From Eledone cirrhosa (lineage: Eukaryota), in assembly GCA_964016885.1 (NCBI GenBank), contig OZ024764.1, positions 19,840,001 through 19,904,000 on the forward strand: DNA of 64,000 bases, read 5' to 3'. Positions within the stretch are counted from its first letter, which is position 1. Each line of letters opens with the position of its first letter. This document shows, in pieces, positions 9,603 to 24,558 of this stretch. Under the pieces are notes generated by a model that ran no database searches, was not told where the DNA came from, and saw nothing but the letters and a program-made list of their open reading frames with translations. The position numbers and the translations under genes are program-made.

Positions 9603-11895
9603 ATTCTCTCTCAACTCATCTATGCTTGGTCGTTGATGCACATTGACATTGCACATCCAACGGAGCATACTTGCTTCATTTCTCTCCAGCCATCGCATAT
9701 CCTCCACAGTTGCTGACCATGTCTCACTACCATGCAGCATAACACATCTCACGCAGGCATCACCAGCCATTCGTTCTTAGGGAGAAACCCTTCTTTGTCA
9801 ACAGAGCAAGCAGCTCCCTAAACGTCTTCCAACCTGTCCTTATTCTAGATACTATGGCCTCTGAGCACCCTCCTCCCATGCTAATCTGATCACCTAGGTA
9901 TCGGAAGCTATCAACCACCTCTGTAGATCCTTCCTGCATTTGAAAAATGTGTCTATCAATGCGACTTCTACTGTCAAATTTCCCTGTACATCTACTGCAT
10001 ATGTAGTTTTCCCTACCTGTTAGTTTGCCTGCTATCCCACTACATTTCTTGTGTACCCAAAATCTGCATTGTGTACATTATAGAATTTATGCCAGTTCCT
10101 TTTCTACATATTGAAAAAGGCCATTTCCCTGATGGAATGAGAGTTTTGCCCTCTTTTCTACTCATCAACACTTTTGACTTAGCTAGGTTCACTCTCAGTC
10201 CTCTTGCTTCCAACTGCTGTTTCCATAGCCAGAATTTATGCTCTAGCTCCTCTACTGATTCTGCTATAAGAACCACATCGTCAGCCTAGAGAAGTTCCCA
10301 TGGGCAGCCAGTCTTAAACTCCTCTTTTATGGCTTGGAGGCCTATAATGAACAATAGCTGGCCGAGGACCGACCCTGATGTACTCCTACTTGTATCTGGA
10401 ATTCCTTATTAAACTCCATTCCTACCCTCACCTTACTGACACCAGCTCTGTACATAGCTTGCATTGTCCTCACAAACTATTCCTCTACACCTAGTTTCCT
10501 TAGGGACCACCAGATGACAGATTGGGGTACTCTATCAAAGGCCTTTTCTAGGTGAACAAAAGCTAAGTATAGTGGTTTATTCTTCTCTCAGAACCTCTCT
10601 TGTAGTTGTCTCACTAAGAAGAGGGCATCTGTTTGACCCTTTCTCTAAGTTGCGCTAGTATTCTTTCTGTCACTTTCATGACCTGATCCATCAGTTTTAT
10701 ACCCCTATAATTACTCCCCTCCAGAACATCCCCTTTACCTTTACCTCAATTTGAGAATACTGCTGCACCAATCTTTGGGTATGACACCACCATATATAGC
10801 CTGATTAATGATGCATGCAACCAGTTTAATTCCTACTTCTCCTGATGCCTTTTGCATCTCAGCAACTATCCCCAACAGTCCAGCAGACCTCCATTTATCC
10901 TTTCCTTAATTACCTCTTGGACCCTATAGTCGTCAATCTCAATAGCTGGTCCTTCTGTCGGGTCTACTGAAGGTAGTTTCTCTCCTATTCATTCTCCACA
11001 TTCATCAGTCTCTCATAATGACATTTCCAGACCTTCTTTTTCTGATCATTCGTGACACTAAGTACACCGGCATCATCCCGGACACATTTATCTCCAACAA
11101 CATCCTGATTTGCACTGACACACTGCCTTGCAATGTGGAACACTGCACGCCTCTGATCTTCCCGTCGCAGAACATTGGCAAACCTCCTACTCTCAGCCTC
11201 CCTGCGTGCTAAGTAGACCTGACATCTAGCTTCTCTCTTAGTGGCTGTGTATCGGTCTCTACCCCTACAATTTTTCCAAACATTCCATGCTAGTCTTTTA
11301 TCTCTAATGGCTCTATCTACCGTGCTGTTCCATCACCAGGTCACCCTCTGTCTGGTTGGAGCTCTGCTCCAGCCACAAGTTTTATGAGTAACCTGCAGTA
11401 AGTTGTCATGTAAGAAATTCCAGTTATCATCTATGTCATACGACGCTAAAACGTCTTCTTTTTCATCATACACATCTTGAAGGGCTTGCCTAAATTTATA
11501 TTTTAGTGAAAGGTCTTTTAGTTTCTAGACCTTCCTTTTTCAAACCTTCTTGTATGTCTCATTTTGTCTCTTGCTTACTGAGATATCACTAAAGACTAAC
11601 CTATGTTGGGGGGTTACATTGTTCCCTGGGATATGCCTTAGTATTTGACACATCTGTCTGACTTGCTGCTTAACTAGCAAGAAGTCAATTTGTCTCAGGT
11701 GTTCACCTGATTTGTAGGTTATTAGATGGTTGGTAGGTTTCTTGAAGTGTTGCAAATGGTTAGTTCACTTGCATCACAAAATACATCGTTTCTTGAGCCA
11801 TAACCATGACCACCATGTACCCCAGTGTATCCATCCTGGAACTGTCCAACATGACCATTGAAAGTCCCCTGCTATTATAACTAGGTCTCTGTCAT
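9603..11895 (-). mobile_element. Decayed RTE LINE ORF (APE endonuclease through RT)
   Basis: GDF/NGHVG, GVHGGHGYGSRN, FKKPTNHLITYKSG, QIDFLL (APE); NYRGIKL, LEKAFDRVP, HQGSVL, LL*ADD, FRYLG, MLHGSETW (RT). Many frameshifts and stops. Confidence 0.9.
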
Positions 11896-11899
11896 TGTG

Positions 11900-12235
11900 G
11901 TTACCTCTACTTATTCCTTTTCTACATATGGAGCAGGGCCACTTTCCTGAAGGTGTCAGGGTCTTCTCTCCTATCCATTACTACTTTAGTTTTGGCTAAG
12001 TATATTCTCAGAACTTACCATTTCAAATTCTATATCTATAGTTGGTCATCTACATAGAGAAGTTTCCATAGACAGCCAGTCTTAAACCTCTCTGTTATGG
12101 CTTGGAGAACTATGATGAACAACAGTGGGCTAAGAACTAAACCATGATGAACTCCTACCTGTACCTTCAATTCCTCACTAAACACACTTTACTGACAGCT
12201 TCTCACAAGCCATTCTTCTACACCTAATTTCTTTA
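11900..12235 (-). mobile_element. RTE LINE RT fragment
   Basis: LGVEEWLVRAV, QVGVHHGLVLSPLLFIIVLQAITERFKTGCLWKLLYVDD. Confidence 0.8.
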
Positions 12236-12436
12236 ACCTTTTAGTATATAAACTGGCCATATCTGGCCAGAATTCTCCCACATCTTTCTGTTCAAACTGG
12301 TCATTTATACTTATGTTAAGGTATTGTTCTCAAAATAAGTAACATCAAAATCTCATAGATTTGTTATTATGAGAGATAAAGCATTTACTGTGAAAATATA
12401 ATAGTAAATATAGAGTAATGTGAATACTAAAGGGTT

Positions 12437-12653
12437 AATCTGATGTCACTAGTAACTACTTTTATCTGTCAGTATAATCTAATGTCACTAATAACTACTT
12501 TTATCAGTCAGTATAATCTAATGTCACTAATAACTACTTTTATCAGTCACTTTAATCTAATATCACTAATAACTACTTTTATCAGTCAGTATAATCTAAA
12601 GTCACTAATAACTACTTTTATCAGTCAGGTTAATCTAATGTCAGTAATAACTA
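12437..12653. repeat. 39-bp minisatellite (~5.5 copies)
   Basis: aatctaatgtcactaataactacttttatcagtcagtat in tandem. Confidence 0.95.
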
Positions 12654-12724
12654 ACCTATGTTAGTCAGCACATTCTTCAAAGAAGGCCTTAGTATTTATT
12701 ACAAGTTTCTGAGTATCTTATAAT

Positions 12725-12742
12725 GTTCTTTTATTATTTCAG
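12725..12742 (+). promoter_or_regulatory. Splice acceptor of the ZNF coding exon
   Basis: gttcttttattatttCAG|, 211 bp upstream of the ATG. A paralogous acceptor precedes the ZNF relic at 15228. Confidence 0.6.
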
Positions 12743-12953
12743 AATACCAGAGGACATTGGCATTAAAGAGCACGTTACATCAGACATATCCTCAACATTA
12801 ACCATTTCTAATAAAAGACACTACCCATCATTTTCAAATAATTTTGAAAACACTCAACACTTTGAAGTGATTTAGTAATATAACTAAATTTCTCAGTATT
12901 AAGCTGTGAATTATGTGAGAAACTGAGGTGATTGATATCTATTAGTAGGAGAT

Positions 12954-14405
12954 ATGTCGAAAAATATAGTAAAATCACCATTCCACTGTGATATCTGTGG
13001 TAAATCATTCTCTCGTAGTAATCACCTAACTACTCACAAACGTATTCATACAGGAGAGAAGCCATATCACTGTGATATCTGTGGTAAATCATTCAGTCGC
13101 AGTAATACCTTAACTAATCACAAACATATTCATACAGGAGAGAAACCATATCACTCTGATATCTGTGGTAAAACGTTCTCTAAAAATAATAACCTAACTA
13201 CTCACAAACGTATTCATACAGGAGAGAACCCATATCATTGTGATATCTGTGGTAAATCATTCACTTGTAGTCATCACCTAACTACTCACAAACGTATTCA
13301 TACAGGAGAGAAGCCTTATAAGTGTGATATCTGTGGTAAATCATTCAGTTACAATACTAGCGTCAGAGTTCACAAACAAATTCATACAGGAGAGAAGCCA
13401 TATCACTGTGATATCTGTAGTAAATCATTCTCTGGCAGAAGTAGCTTCCTTAAACACCAACGTATTCATACAAAAGAGAAACCATATCAGTGTGATATCT
13501 GTGACAAATCATTCAGTCACAGTAGTAGCGTCAGAGTTCACAAACGTATCCATACAGGAGAGAAGACATATCACTGTGACATCTGTGGTAAATCATTCAG
13601 TCAGAGTAATACCTTAACTACTTACAAACGTATTCATACAGGAGAGAAACCATATCACTGTGATATCTGTGGTAAAACGTTCTCTAAAAATAATAACCTA
13701 ACTACTCACAAACGTATTCATACAGGAGAGAAACCATATCACTGTGATATCTGTGGTAAAACGTTCTCTAAAAACAATAAGCTAACTACTCACAAACGTA
13801 TTCATACAGGAGAGAACCCATATCATTGTGATATCTGTGGTAAATCATTCACTTGTAGTCAGCACCTAACTACTCACAAACGTATTCATACAGGAGAGAA
13901 GCCATATCACTGTGATATCTGTGGTAAAACATTCTCTCTTAGTGATAACCTAACTATTCGCAAACGTATTCATACAGGAGAGAAGCCATATCACTGTGAC
14001 ATCTGTGGTAAATCATTCTCTAAATATAACAACCTAACTACTCACAAACGTATTCATACAGGAGAGAAGCCATATCAATGTGACATCTGTGATAAATCAT
14101 TCTCTCATAGTAATCGCCTAACTACTCACAAACGTATTCATACAGGAGAGAAGAAATATCACTGTGACATCTGTGGTAATTCATTCTCTCATAGTCATAA
14201 CCTAACTACTCACAAACGTACTCATACGGGAGAGAAACCATATCACTGTGACATCTGTGGTAAATCATTCGCTGACAGAAGTTGCTTAGCTACCCACAGA
14301 CGTACTCATACAGGAGAGAAGCCATATCACTGTGACATCTGTGGTAAATCATTCTCTCAAAGTGGTACCTTAACCAAGCATGTGCGTATTCATACAGAAG
14401 TTTAG
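12954..14405 (+). CDS. C2H2 zinc-finger array protein (17 tandem fingers, no effector domain), 483 aa
   Basis: Intact ORF of 28-aa YHCDICGKSF...HKRIHTGEKP repeats. AATAAA at 14674-14679. Confidence 0.95.
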   Translation: MSKNIVKSPFHCDICGKSFSRSNHLTTHKRIHTGEKPYHCDICGKSFSRSNTLTNHKHIHTGEKPYHSDICGKTFSKNNNLTTHKRIHTGENPYHCDICGKSFTCSHHLTTHKRIHTGEKPYKCDICGKSFSYNTSVRVHKQIHTGEKPYHCDICSKSFSGRSSFLKHQRIHTKEKPYQCDICDKSFSHSSSVRVHKRIHTGEKTYHCDICGKSFSQSNTLTTYKRIHTGEKPYHCDICGKTFSKNNNLTTHKRIHTGEKPYHCDICGKTFSKNNKLTTHKRIHTGENPYHCDICGKSFTCSQHLTTHKRIHTGEKPYHCDICGKTFSLSDNLTIRKRIHTGEKPYHCDICGKSFSKYNNLTTHKRIHTGEKPYQCDICDKSFSHSNRLTTHKRIHTGEKKYHCDICGNSFSHSHNLTTHKRTHTGEKPYHCDICGKSFADRSCLATHRRTHTGEKPYHCDICGKSFSQSGTLTKHVRIHTEV

Positions 14406-15189
14406 CTGTGTCAATATCAAACTCATTACATCATACTACAACAACAACAACAATTGTGTAGATCCATCATCCTTGCTAAAACTGGGGTCAACCTTGTAGG
14501 TTTTACCTAGGACAGGGATCATAAAACCAGTTTTCCATCTTTGAAGCAGTGTTTGAAGATTTTGTGTAAATTAAAGTTTTTCTCTTTAAAATTTCATTTA
14601 TTAAACTTTAACAGGTAAGATATATATTTGTATTTTTAGTAATGGTTGGGAACTTCTGTAATTTAAACCTGCCAATAAAATGAAAACTTTTGTTGTTGCT
14701 AGTCAGACATTGGTATTAATTCTATTGTCCTGTACATTGTCTCAAATATCACAGATTAAACAGATTTTAACAATATCAACAGAAATCAATAACTTGTAAG
14801 CCTAATATCTAGCTTCCATTTTAACTATTTGATATTGTTGTTCCCCTCCTGTCTCTTCAGGTCTTTTAGATTTCAACTTCTATCTACTGTACTATTCCAT
14901 CACCAAGGCAACATTCATCTGGCTGGAAGCTTACATAAGCTACAGATCTCATCAGTGGTTCACAACAGGCTGTCTGAAAGAAACTTCCAGATATCTTCTA
15001 TGCCATAGCTATCAATATCCTCCTGATGAGAATGAAGTCAATCTAGTTTATCTCTTCACCTGATTGAAGTAACTAGATCAAGTAACTAGATGGTTTCCTA
15101 TATGTTAGTGTTGCAGTGTTTGTGTCACCATGTAAGGTTTATATCTATTAATATAGAGATGTAGTAAAGTTTTCACTGTTGTATCTCTA

Positions 15190-15596
15190 CTTTCTAAATA
15201 TCTTAATAATGTTTCTCTACTATTTCAGAATATCACATGACCTTGACAGAAAAGAGTCTTTTAAAGACAACAGAAAGATGTTACATACAAGTGATATAAA
15301 CTTGTTTAGTCTGTGATGAATTATGGTGAAATATTTCTTCTGAATTGAGATAAATAACAACATATACCTTTTTCACTGTTTGGAATATTTACAAGATGAT
15401 TTTACATTCTGATTAAACTTTGGATATTTACAAAGGAGTTTTCAAAATATTTGGATATTGACAAAGATCACATTTGATAAAATTATGAACAATAGAAATA
15501 TTTACATCAACATAGGAATATTTTCCAGAAGAGATGGGAAAATCATTATACCACTGTAATATTTGTGGTAAAGTATTCTCTCTTCTTTATATGTAG
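15190..15596 (+). pseudogene. Relic of a paralogous ZNF exon (acceptor, 5' UTR and half a finger)
   Basis: tttctaaatatcttaataatgtttctctactatttcag|aatatc resembles 12706-12748. 15534-15596 encodes MGKSLYHCNICGKVFSLLYM*. Confidence 0.65.
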
Positions 15597-15965
15597 AACA
15601 TCTAACTAAACACTTTAACTAACAAACTATTGTGCTATAGAATTGACAAACTTGAGCAATGTTTAATAAATGTTACAGATTTCTCCAAACTGTCGTTTAC
15701 TAACTTTAATTTGAAGCTATGTTTTCTATATACTACTAAAACTCTGTAATTGTGTCTTGTCTAATTTAATACAGCTAAAACAGTGCATAATGGGGAAATA
15801 CTTTGAAAGGAATAAAACAATTTGTGTATAAATTGGAGCACAGGTTCCCAAGATACGGGGTTTTCTGGGTACCTTGATAAATATAGGGAGAGAAAGAGAT
15901 AGTGGTTGTGAGAGTGAGGAGACAGATGGAAGAGAGAGTGTGAGCTGGTGGTGTTTAATAAAATA

Positions 15966-15975
<10 letters not shown>

Positions 15976-16024
<49 letters not shown>
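15976..16024. repeat. (TA)n microsatellite
   Basis: Perfect TA run. Confidence 0.99.
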
Positions 16025-16032
<8 letters not shown>

Positions 16033-16119
16033 ATATTTTAACTATTTAAAAATCATTTTTAAATGACTTTAAAAAATAGTTTTAAGGGAACGTGACCCAA
16101 TAGGTCCCGGGTGGTCTAG
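16021..16119 (+). mobile_element. Helitron/Helentron-like terminus
   Basis: cgtgacc-caata-ggtcccg hairpin, then ggtggtCTAG|T. Inverted homologue at 5096-5177. Confidence 0.55.
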
Positions 16120-16524
16120 TTTGTTACTAAATACTAGATATTAGAGGGTCATGTTGTTCTAGATGTGCTGGAAGAGCCATTCCATCTTGTGAGGCTCACA
16201 CCAGCAGCTAGCCACCTCAGCACCTATGGTGGTATATTTATTATATTATTTATTCTTTATCATTAACATTAATCTAAAAGATAATTATATATTTTTAGAG
16301 AAGAACCTCTAATTTCATATAGCTTAGGGCTTCAGTAGGTAAAAGTCTGGCCTTGCTTGTCTTGTATTTTTTAGGGGAGAAGTTAGGGAATACTGTTATT
16401 GTGTGAAAGTTTTCTAAATTTTCAACCACTAACATGGAGAAGATATTTCAGTAAGAAGGTTCACATCCTGACATCTATAGCTGTTAACAATGAGATTGGA
16501 ATTCATTATTAAACAAATGTTATA

Positions 16525-17125
16525 TCATCATCACTGTTTAACATCAGTTTTTTCACGCTGGCATGGGTTAGACGAGTTATCCTGTTGTAAGCAAAGCCAG
16601 GTCAGGTGATAATGTGTTGCTCGTACAGAACAAATTTTGGTTTGGTTTCTGCAGCTGAATGCCCTTCCTAGCACCAACCTTATTTACATTGAGTACTGGG
16701 TGCATTTTATCATCTCACCATCAGGACCACTTTACAGTGTAGGCTGGGTGCTTTTTGTTGTGACACATACATGACCACTTTACAGTGTAGGCTGGGTGCT
16801 TTTTGTTGTGACACATACATGACCACTTTATAGTGTGGACTGGGTACTTTTTGTTGTGACACCTACACGACCCCTTTAAAGTTTGGGCTGGGTACTTTTT
16901 GTTGTCACCTACATGACCACTTTACAGTGTGGACTGGTTTCTTTTTGTCATATCACCTACATGACCACCTTATAATGTTGACTGTGTGTTCTTTACAGTG
17001 TGGGCCGGTTTCTTTTTGTCATATCACCTACATGACCACCTTATAATGTTGACTGTGTATTCTCTATAGTGTGGGTTGGGTGCTTTTTGTCATATCTCCT
17101 ACCCAACCACTTTGCAGTGTGGATA
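16525..17125 (-). mobile_element. RTE LINE 3' UTR fragment with an expanded 48-bp minisatellite (16725-17123, ~8 copies)
   Basis: Homologous to 7530-7790 (catcatcac...gcatgggt..gac; gctg.atgcccttccta.caccaacct). Unit gaccactttacagtgtaggctgggtgctttttgttgtgacacatacat. Confidence 0.8.
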
Positions 17126-17164
17126 GTGAAATATCAGTAATGCACCAGCTCCAATATTCAGTAA

Positions 17165-17670
17165 TCAGAAGAAGGGAGGTAGGCATAAAAGCCAAACTTG
17201 CTGTCTTCAATTAGGTTTTTGTGCCAACCCTTACCTATGGTCACATATCTTGGGTAATGACCAAAAGAATATGATTGCGAATACAAATGGCAGATATGGG
17301 ATTCCTCTGAAGGGTCTTTGAAGGAACGTTTCTCAATAAAGTGCATACCTCTAAGATCAGAGAGTCACTCCAGGTGGAGCTGTTACTTCTCCGAATTGAG
17401 AGATCACAGCTGCAATACTATGGCCATGTGGTTAGAATGTCTGAGGAAAGAATCACTGGATAGATTTTACAGGCAAAACTAACCGGCAGGAGACCCAGGG
17501 GTCGACTTGAGCAAGATGGTCACATAACATCCATGAGCTTGGCTGGTCTCTCTGGGAGATCCAGCCAGATCAGTTGGAGTGGGTTGCTTCTGACAGGACC
17601 TGTTGGAGGGAGTGTTTGAGGACTCTGCCCCCAAGTCCCTCTCTGGAATAAGTGGGTTAATAAGAAGAGG
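17165..17670 (+). mobile_element. RTE/Expander-type LINE 3' fragment
   Basis: KAKLAVF..VFVPTLTYGH..WVMT...RIQMADMGFL; LLLLRIERSQLQYYGHVVRM; GRRPRGR. Confidence 0.8.
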
Positions 17671-17869
17671 TTGAGGTTACATAATCAACATCAGATTTCC
17701 CTGCTAGCAAGGGTTTAATGAGTCTACTACAACCAAGTAAGTACTGAAGTGAGGCTACTGATCTCCCAGACAGACCAAGGATCTGAGACTTATTTACATA
17801 AGGTCTCATTTGCTACTGAGTGCACAGGTTCATGATTGCAGGGTTCTCCGACACTATTGTCGGGCAAGC

Positions 17870-18194
<325 letters not shown>

Positions 18195-18244
18195 GGCGTA
18201 GGATAGAAGAAAGGAAAGGCACAGAAACGAAGAAAGAAATCCCC

Positions 18245-18289
18245 AGTCACTGAAGAGGTCACAGAGTGTGTGACGAAAGAACAATGACT
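18245..18289 (+). ncRNA. Degenerate hammerhead-like motif
   Basis: AGTCA-CTGAAGA-g-GTCACA(gagtg)TGTGAC-GAAA-gaacaa-TGACT. Stems I and II and both core boxes are present, but stem III and the NUH site are broken. Confidence 0.4.
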
Positions 18290-18502
18290 ATATATATATA
18301 AACAACTATCTGGTTGTGGAACCAACCAACCAACCAGAAATTTATAAATTTGTAAATTTATAAATATTTAATAAATTAAATTGAAGTGAAAGCAACTGGT
18401 GCGTGTGTTTCTTATTGGCAACATGACCCTCCCAAAGTATAACAATATCGGTTTCAACACACGATTTCAGATAAAGAATCTTGCTAAACAAATTCAGAAA
18501 CG

Positions 18503-19040
<538 letters not shown>

Positions 19041-19170
19041 GGAAAGTTATATTTAAATTGTTGGGTTAACAACGAGTAAATATTTATAACTGATATAAAA
19101 GCACTCAACAAGTATTTGGAGTATATTTATGATATTAAATAAATGGAAACTATATTTATAAAACCATATT

Positions 19171-19236
19171 TATTTCGTTATATATATTTCAGGGATATCA
19201 TATTAACAATATGTTATGCCGTCTTCAGACAAAATA
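19171..19236 (-). ncRNA. Type I hammerhead ribozyme in the inverted pLTR
   Basis: Reverse complement of 22133-22198. Confidence 0.78.
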
Positions 19237-19897
19237 CAATATAAACAGTCTTATAAATAAATAGATACGACATAACTTTCAATCACCTTGCATTTGGGAG
19301 GTTGATTTGGTAGTTTAAGAATATTGTGGACAGTTGTAAAAAGAAAGAGATAAAGAGAGAAAGAAAGAGAAACGAAGAAAAAGAAGAAATGCATGTGACT
19401 AAATAGAGGGATATAGAAAGATAGATAAAGAGAAGAACTTCATGTAAAGAAACAGAGAGAAATATATATAGAGAGAGAGGAAAGAAGAAAAAAGAAAGAG
19501 ATAGATAGAGATAGATAGAGAAATTAGGAAGTTGAGTATCGGTTGATACATTTATTTATTTATTTATTTATTTATTTAGCTCTAGTATAAATGTAAGAGA
19601 GATGTATGTAGTTAAGAGAGAAAATAGCCGTTATATAGAGAGAAAAAAGAGAAAATGAAAAAGAGAAAATGAAACACAACCAGACATACACGATGCAGAC
19701 TTTAAAACCGCTATGTTTTATCCGTAGAAAATATTAGTTCGTATAAAACAGGCATTATAATGTAAGTACCAGTATTCATGAATGAGACATGTATCTATAA
19801 TGTGTGAAAAGTAATGATCTTATGTCTAGTTTTTAAAAATTCATATGTTTATATCATAATTATAAACAAACTCCCAATTCACACGAAAACATTCTCA

Positions 19898-20835
19898 TAC
19901 TCTAACCACCCCAAATCTGTTAAAAATACTATAGTAAACTCTGTTCAATCACGTATCTCTAGAATTTCATCTAATAAAAAGATTTTCGACGAAAAAGCCC
20001 ATTATTACAATGAAGCGTTAGCTAGAGCAGGATATAGTGATAAAATTATGTACATAGATAATGATAAACAAATTAAACAAAATAACAACTATTTTAATTA
20101 CGGCCACAACCTTAACAACTATAATAGAAAGCATTACAATAATTCCAAAAGCCATAAAAGAAATAGAACTAGGAATATAATATGGTTTGCCCCCCCTTTC
20201 TCACTAAACATTAAAACCCACATTGCTAAACTATTTTTTAAAGCTCTCGATAATCGCTTCCCTAGAACACATAGGTATCACTCAATTTTCAATAGACATA
20301 CTATAAAACTAACCTACTCATCCACCAAAATTTAGCGCAAACTATTAATAGAATAAATAACAGGAACTTAAAACCTAGCGATAATAGCATAAATAATATC
20401 CAAGTTAACAAATGTAACTGTAGAGATAGATCTAAATGTCCGTTAAATAACAACTGCTTAGTTAAAAATATAATATACAACTGTAATGTTAAAACGGACG
20501 TTAATTCTTTTAACTACGTTGGTTCTACATCGACGGAATTTAAACTTCGCTATAACAACCACAAGAATTCTTTCACAGATCCATCCAAAAAATCTTCAAC
20601 AGCACTATCAGGCGTACTCTGGCAACTTAGGCATGATAACGTTAGATATTCGACGACTTGGAATATAGTTTCAAGGGGGATTCCTTTTAATTCATCCTCT
20701 GAGACATGTGACCTCTGTGCGGAGGAGATATTCTTTATACTAAAATCTAAAAATTCCCTTAATCTACGGACAAATTTATTCAGCTGCTGCAGACATAGAT
20801 TGAACTCAACGTTTAAATATAAATTTAAATTTTAA
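19898..20835 (+). pseudogene. Penelope-like ORF C-terminus: RT thumb, linker and GIY-YIG endonuclease
   Basis: YSNHPKSVK...RISRISS, RNIIWFAPPFS...IFNRHTIKLTYS. After a 1-nt frameshift near 20330: CNCRDRSKCPLNNNCLVKNIIY...YVGSTSTEFKLRYNNHK...CDLCAEE...LNLRTNLFSCCRH, stop at 20833-20835. Confidence 0.9.
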
Positions 20836-22132
20836 AATGTAATTATGTTTGTTTTGATTTGATTTGTAATTATTTATGAAACTAGCCGATAAATCTTTCG
20901 ATTTCTTCTTTTTATTAAAACATTCTTCATGAATAATTAAACTACCCTAAAAGCTGATGCTCCAAATATATCGAATTAAATTTTAAACTAGATAAACTTC
21001 TATATTATATATAAGAACATATGTAGACCAAAAGGGTATCCTAAACTTTGGGAATGATTTCTGCTAGACAGGATTTGGTAAACAATTTTTGTTTTATCTG
21101 TTTCGACTCTGATGCTTATGATGATCTTGGCAATATATTGTCAATTAACTTTGAAAGGCTGATCTCTGTGTTTTATTTGTATTATTTTTTAATATTTTTT
21201 AATATTTTGTAATATTTTTTATTTTTAATATTAAATGTTTTAGTTTTCTGTTTATTTATTTATTTATTTTCTTGTCTCTGATATTTTATTTTTATTTTTA
21301 TTTTTATTTTTATTTTTATTTTTATTAATATATTGAAATCTGTTCTCTATTTCTGCTTGATCGACAATCAGGTAGAATAAAGACAAGAGTAGTATTGTTA
21401 AAATTAATATAGACTCTATATATATGTGTGTATATATACACACATATATGTATACTTGAATTTTTATAGCACAATGAGAATGTTTTCGTGTGAATTGGGA
21501 GTTTGTTTATAATTATGATATAAACATATGAATTTTTAAAAACTAGACATAAGATCATTACTTTTCACACATTATAGATACATGTCTCATTCATGAATAC
21601 TGGTACTTACATTATAATGTCTGTTTTATACGAACTAATATTTTCTACGGATAAAACATAGCGGTTTTAAAGTCTGCATCGTGTATGTCTGGTTGTGTTT
21701 CATTTTCTCTTTTTCATTTTCTCTTTTTCTCTCTATATAACGGCTATTTTCTCTCTTAACTACATACATCTCTCTTTACATTTATACTAGAGCTAAATAA
21801 ATAAATAAATAAATAAATAAATGTATCAACCGATACTCAACTTCCTAATTTCTCTATCTATCTCTATCTATCTCTTTCTTTTTTCTTCTTTCCTCTCTCT
21901 ATATATATTTCTCTCTGTTTCTTTACATGAAGTTCTTCTCTTTATCTATCTTTCTATATCCCTCTATTTAGTCACATGCATTTCTTCTTTTTCTTCGTTT
22001 CTCTTTCTTTCTCTCTTTATCTCTTTCTTTTTACAACTGTCCACAATATTCTTTACTACCAAATCAACCTCCCAAATGCAAGGTGATTGAAAGTTATGTC
22101 GTATCTATTTATTTATAAGACTGTTTATATTG

Positions 22133-22198
22133 TATTTTGTCTGAAGACGGCATAACATATTGTTAATATGATATCCCTGAAATATATATAACGAAATA
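22133..22198 (+). ncRNA. Type I hammerhead ribozyme in the PLE 3' pLTR
   Basis: TATTTTGT-CTGAAGA-[cggcataacatatt gtt aatatgatatccct]-GAAA-TATATAT-A|ACGAAATA. 8-bp stem I (one G-U), long imperfect stem II, palindromic ATATATAT stem III, AUA triplet, predicted cut at 22190/22191. Confidence 0.78.
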
Positions 22199-22235
22199 AA
22201 TATGGTTTTATAAATATAGTTTCCATTTATTTAAT

Positions 22236-24325
<2,090 letters not shown>

Positions 24326-24358
24326 GATATTAAATAAATGGAAACTATATTTATAAAA

Positions 24359-24558
24359 NNNNNNNNNNNNNNNNNNNNNNNNNNNNNNNNNNNNNNNNNN
24401 NNNNNNNNNNNNNNNNNNNNNNNNNNNNNNNNNNNNNNNNNNNNNNNNNNNNNNNNNNNNNNNNNNNNNNNNNNNNNNNNNNNNNNNNNNNNNNNNNNNN
24501 NNNNNNNNNNNNNNNNNNNNNNNNNNNNNNNNNNNNNNNNNNNNNNNNNNNNNNNNNN
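24359..24558. other. Assembly gap (200 N)
   Basis: Run of N. The round length suggests a scaffolding join of unknown true size. Confidence 0.99.

Noticed and set aside
12954-14405. 84-bp periodic repeat with variable inserts resembling a CRISPR array
   Set aside because: It is the coding periodicity of C2H2 fingers; eukaryotic context and no cas genes.
19814-19897. Apparent N-terminus of the 173-aa ORF, duplicated at 21325-21558 on the minus strand
   Set aside because: Comes from the inverted pLTR arm fused to the truncated ORF; not a real start.
19898-21470. Possible selenocysteine recoding, as reported for some Naiad elements
   Set aside because: All conserved Cys positions visible here are TGT/TGC; no in-frame TGA in the retained ORF part.
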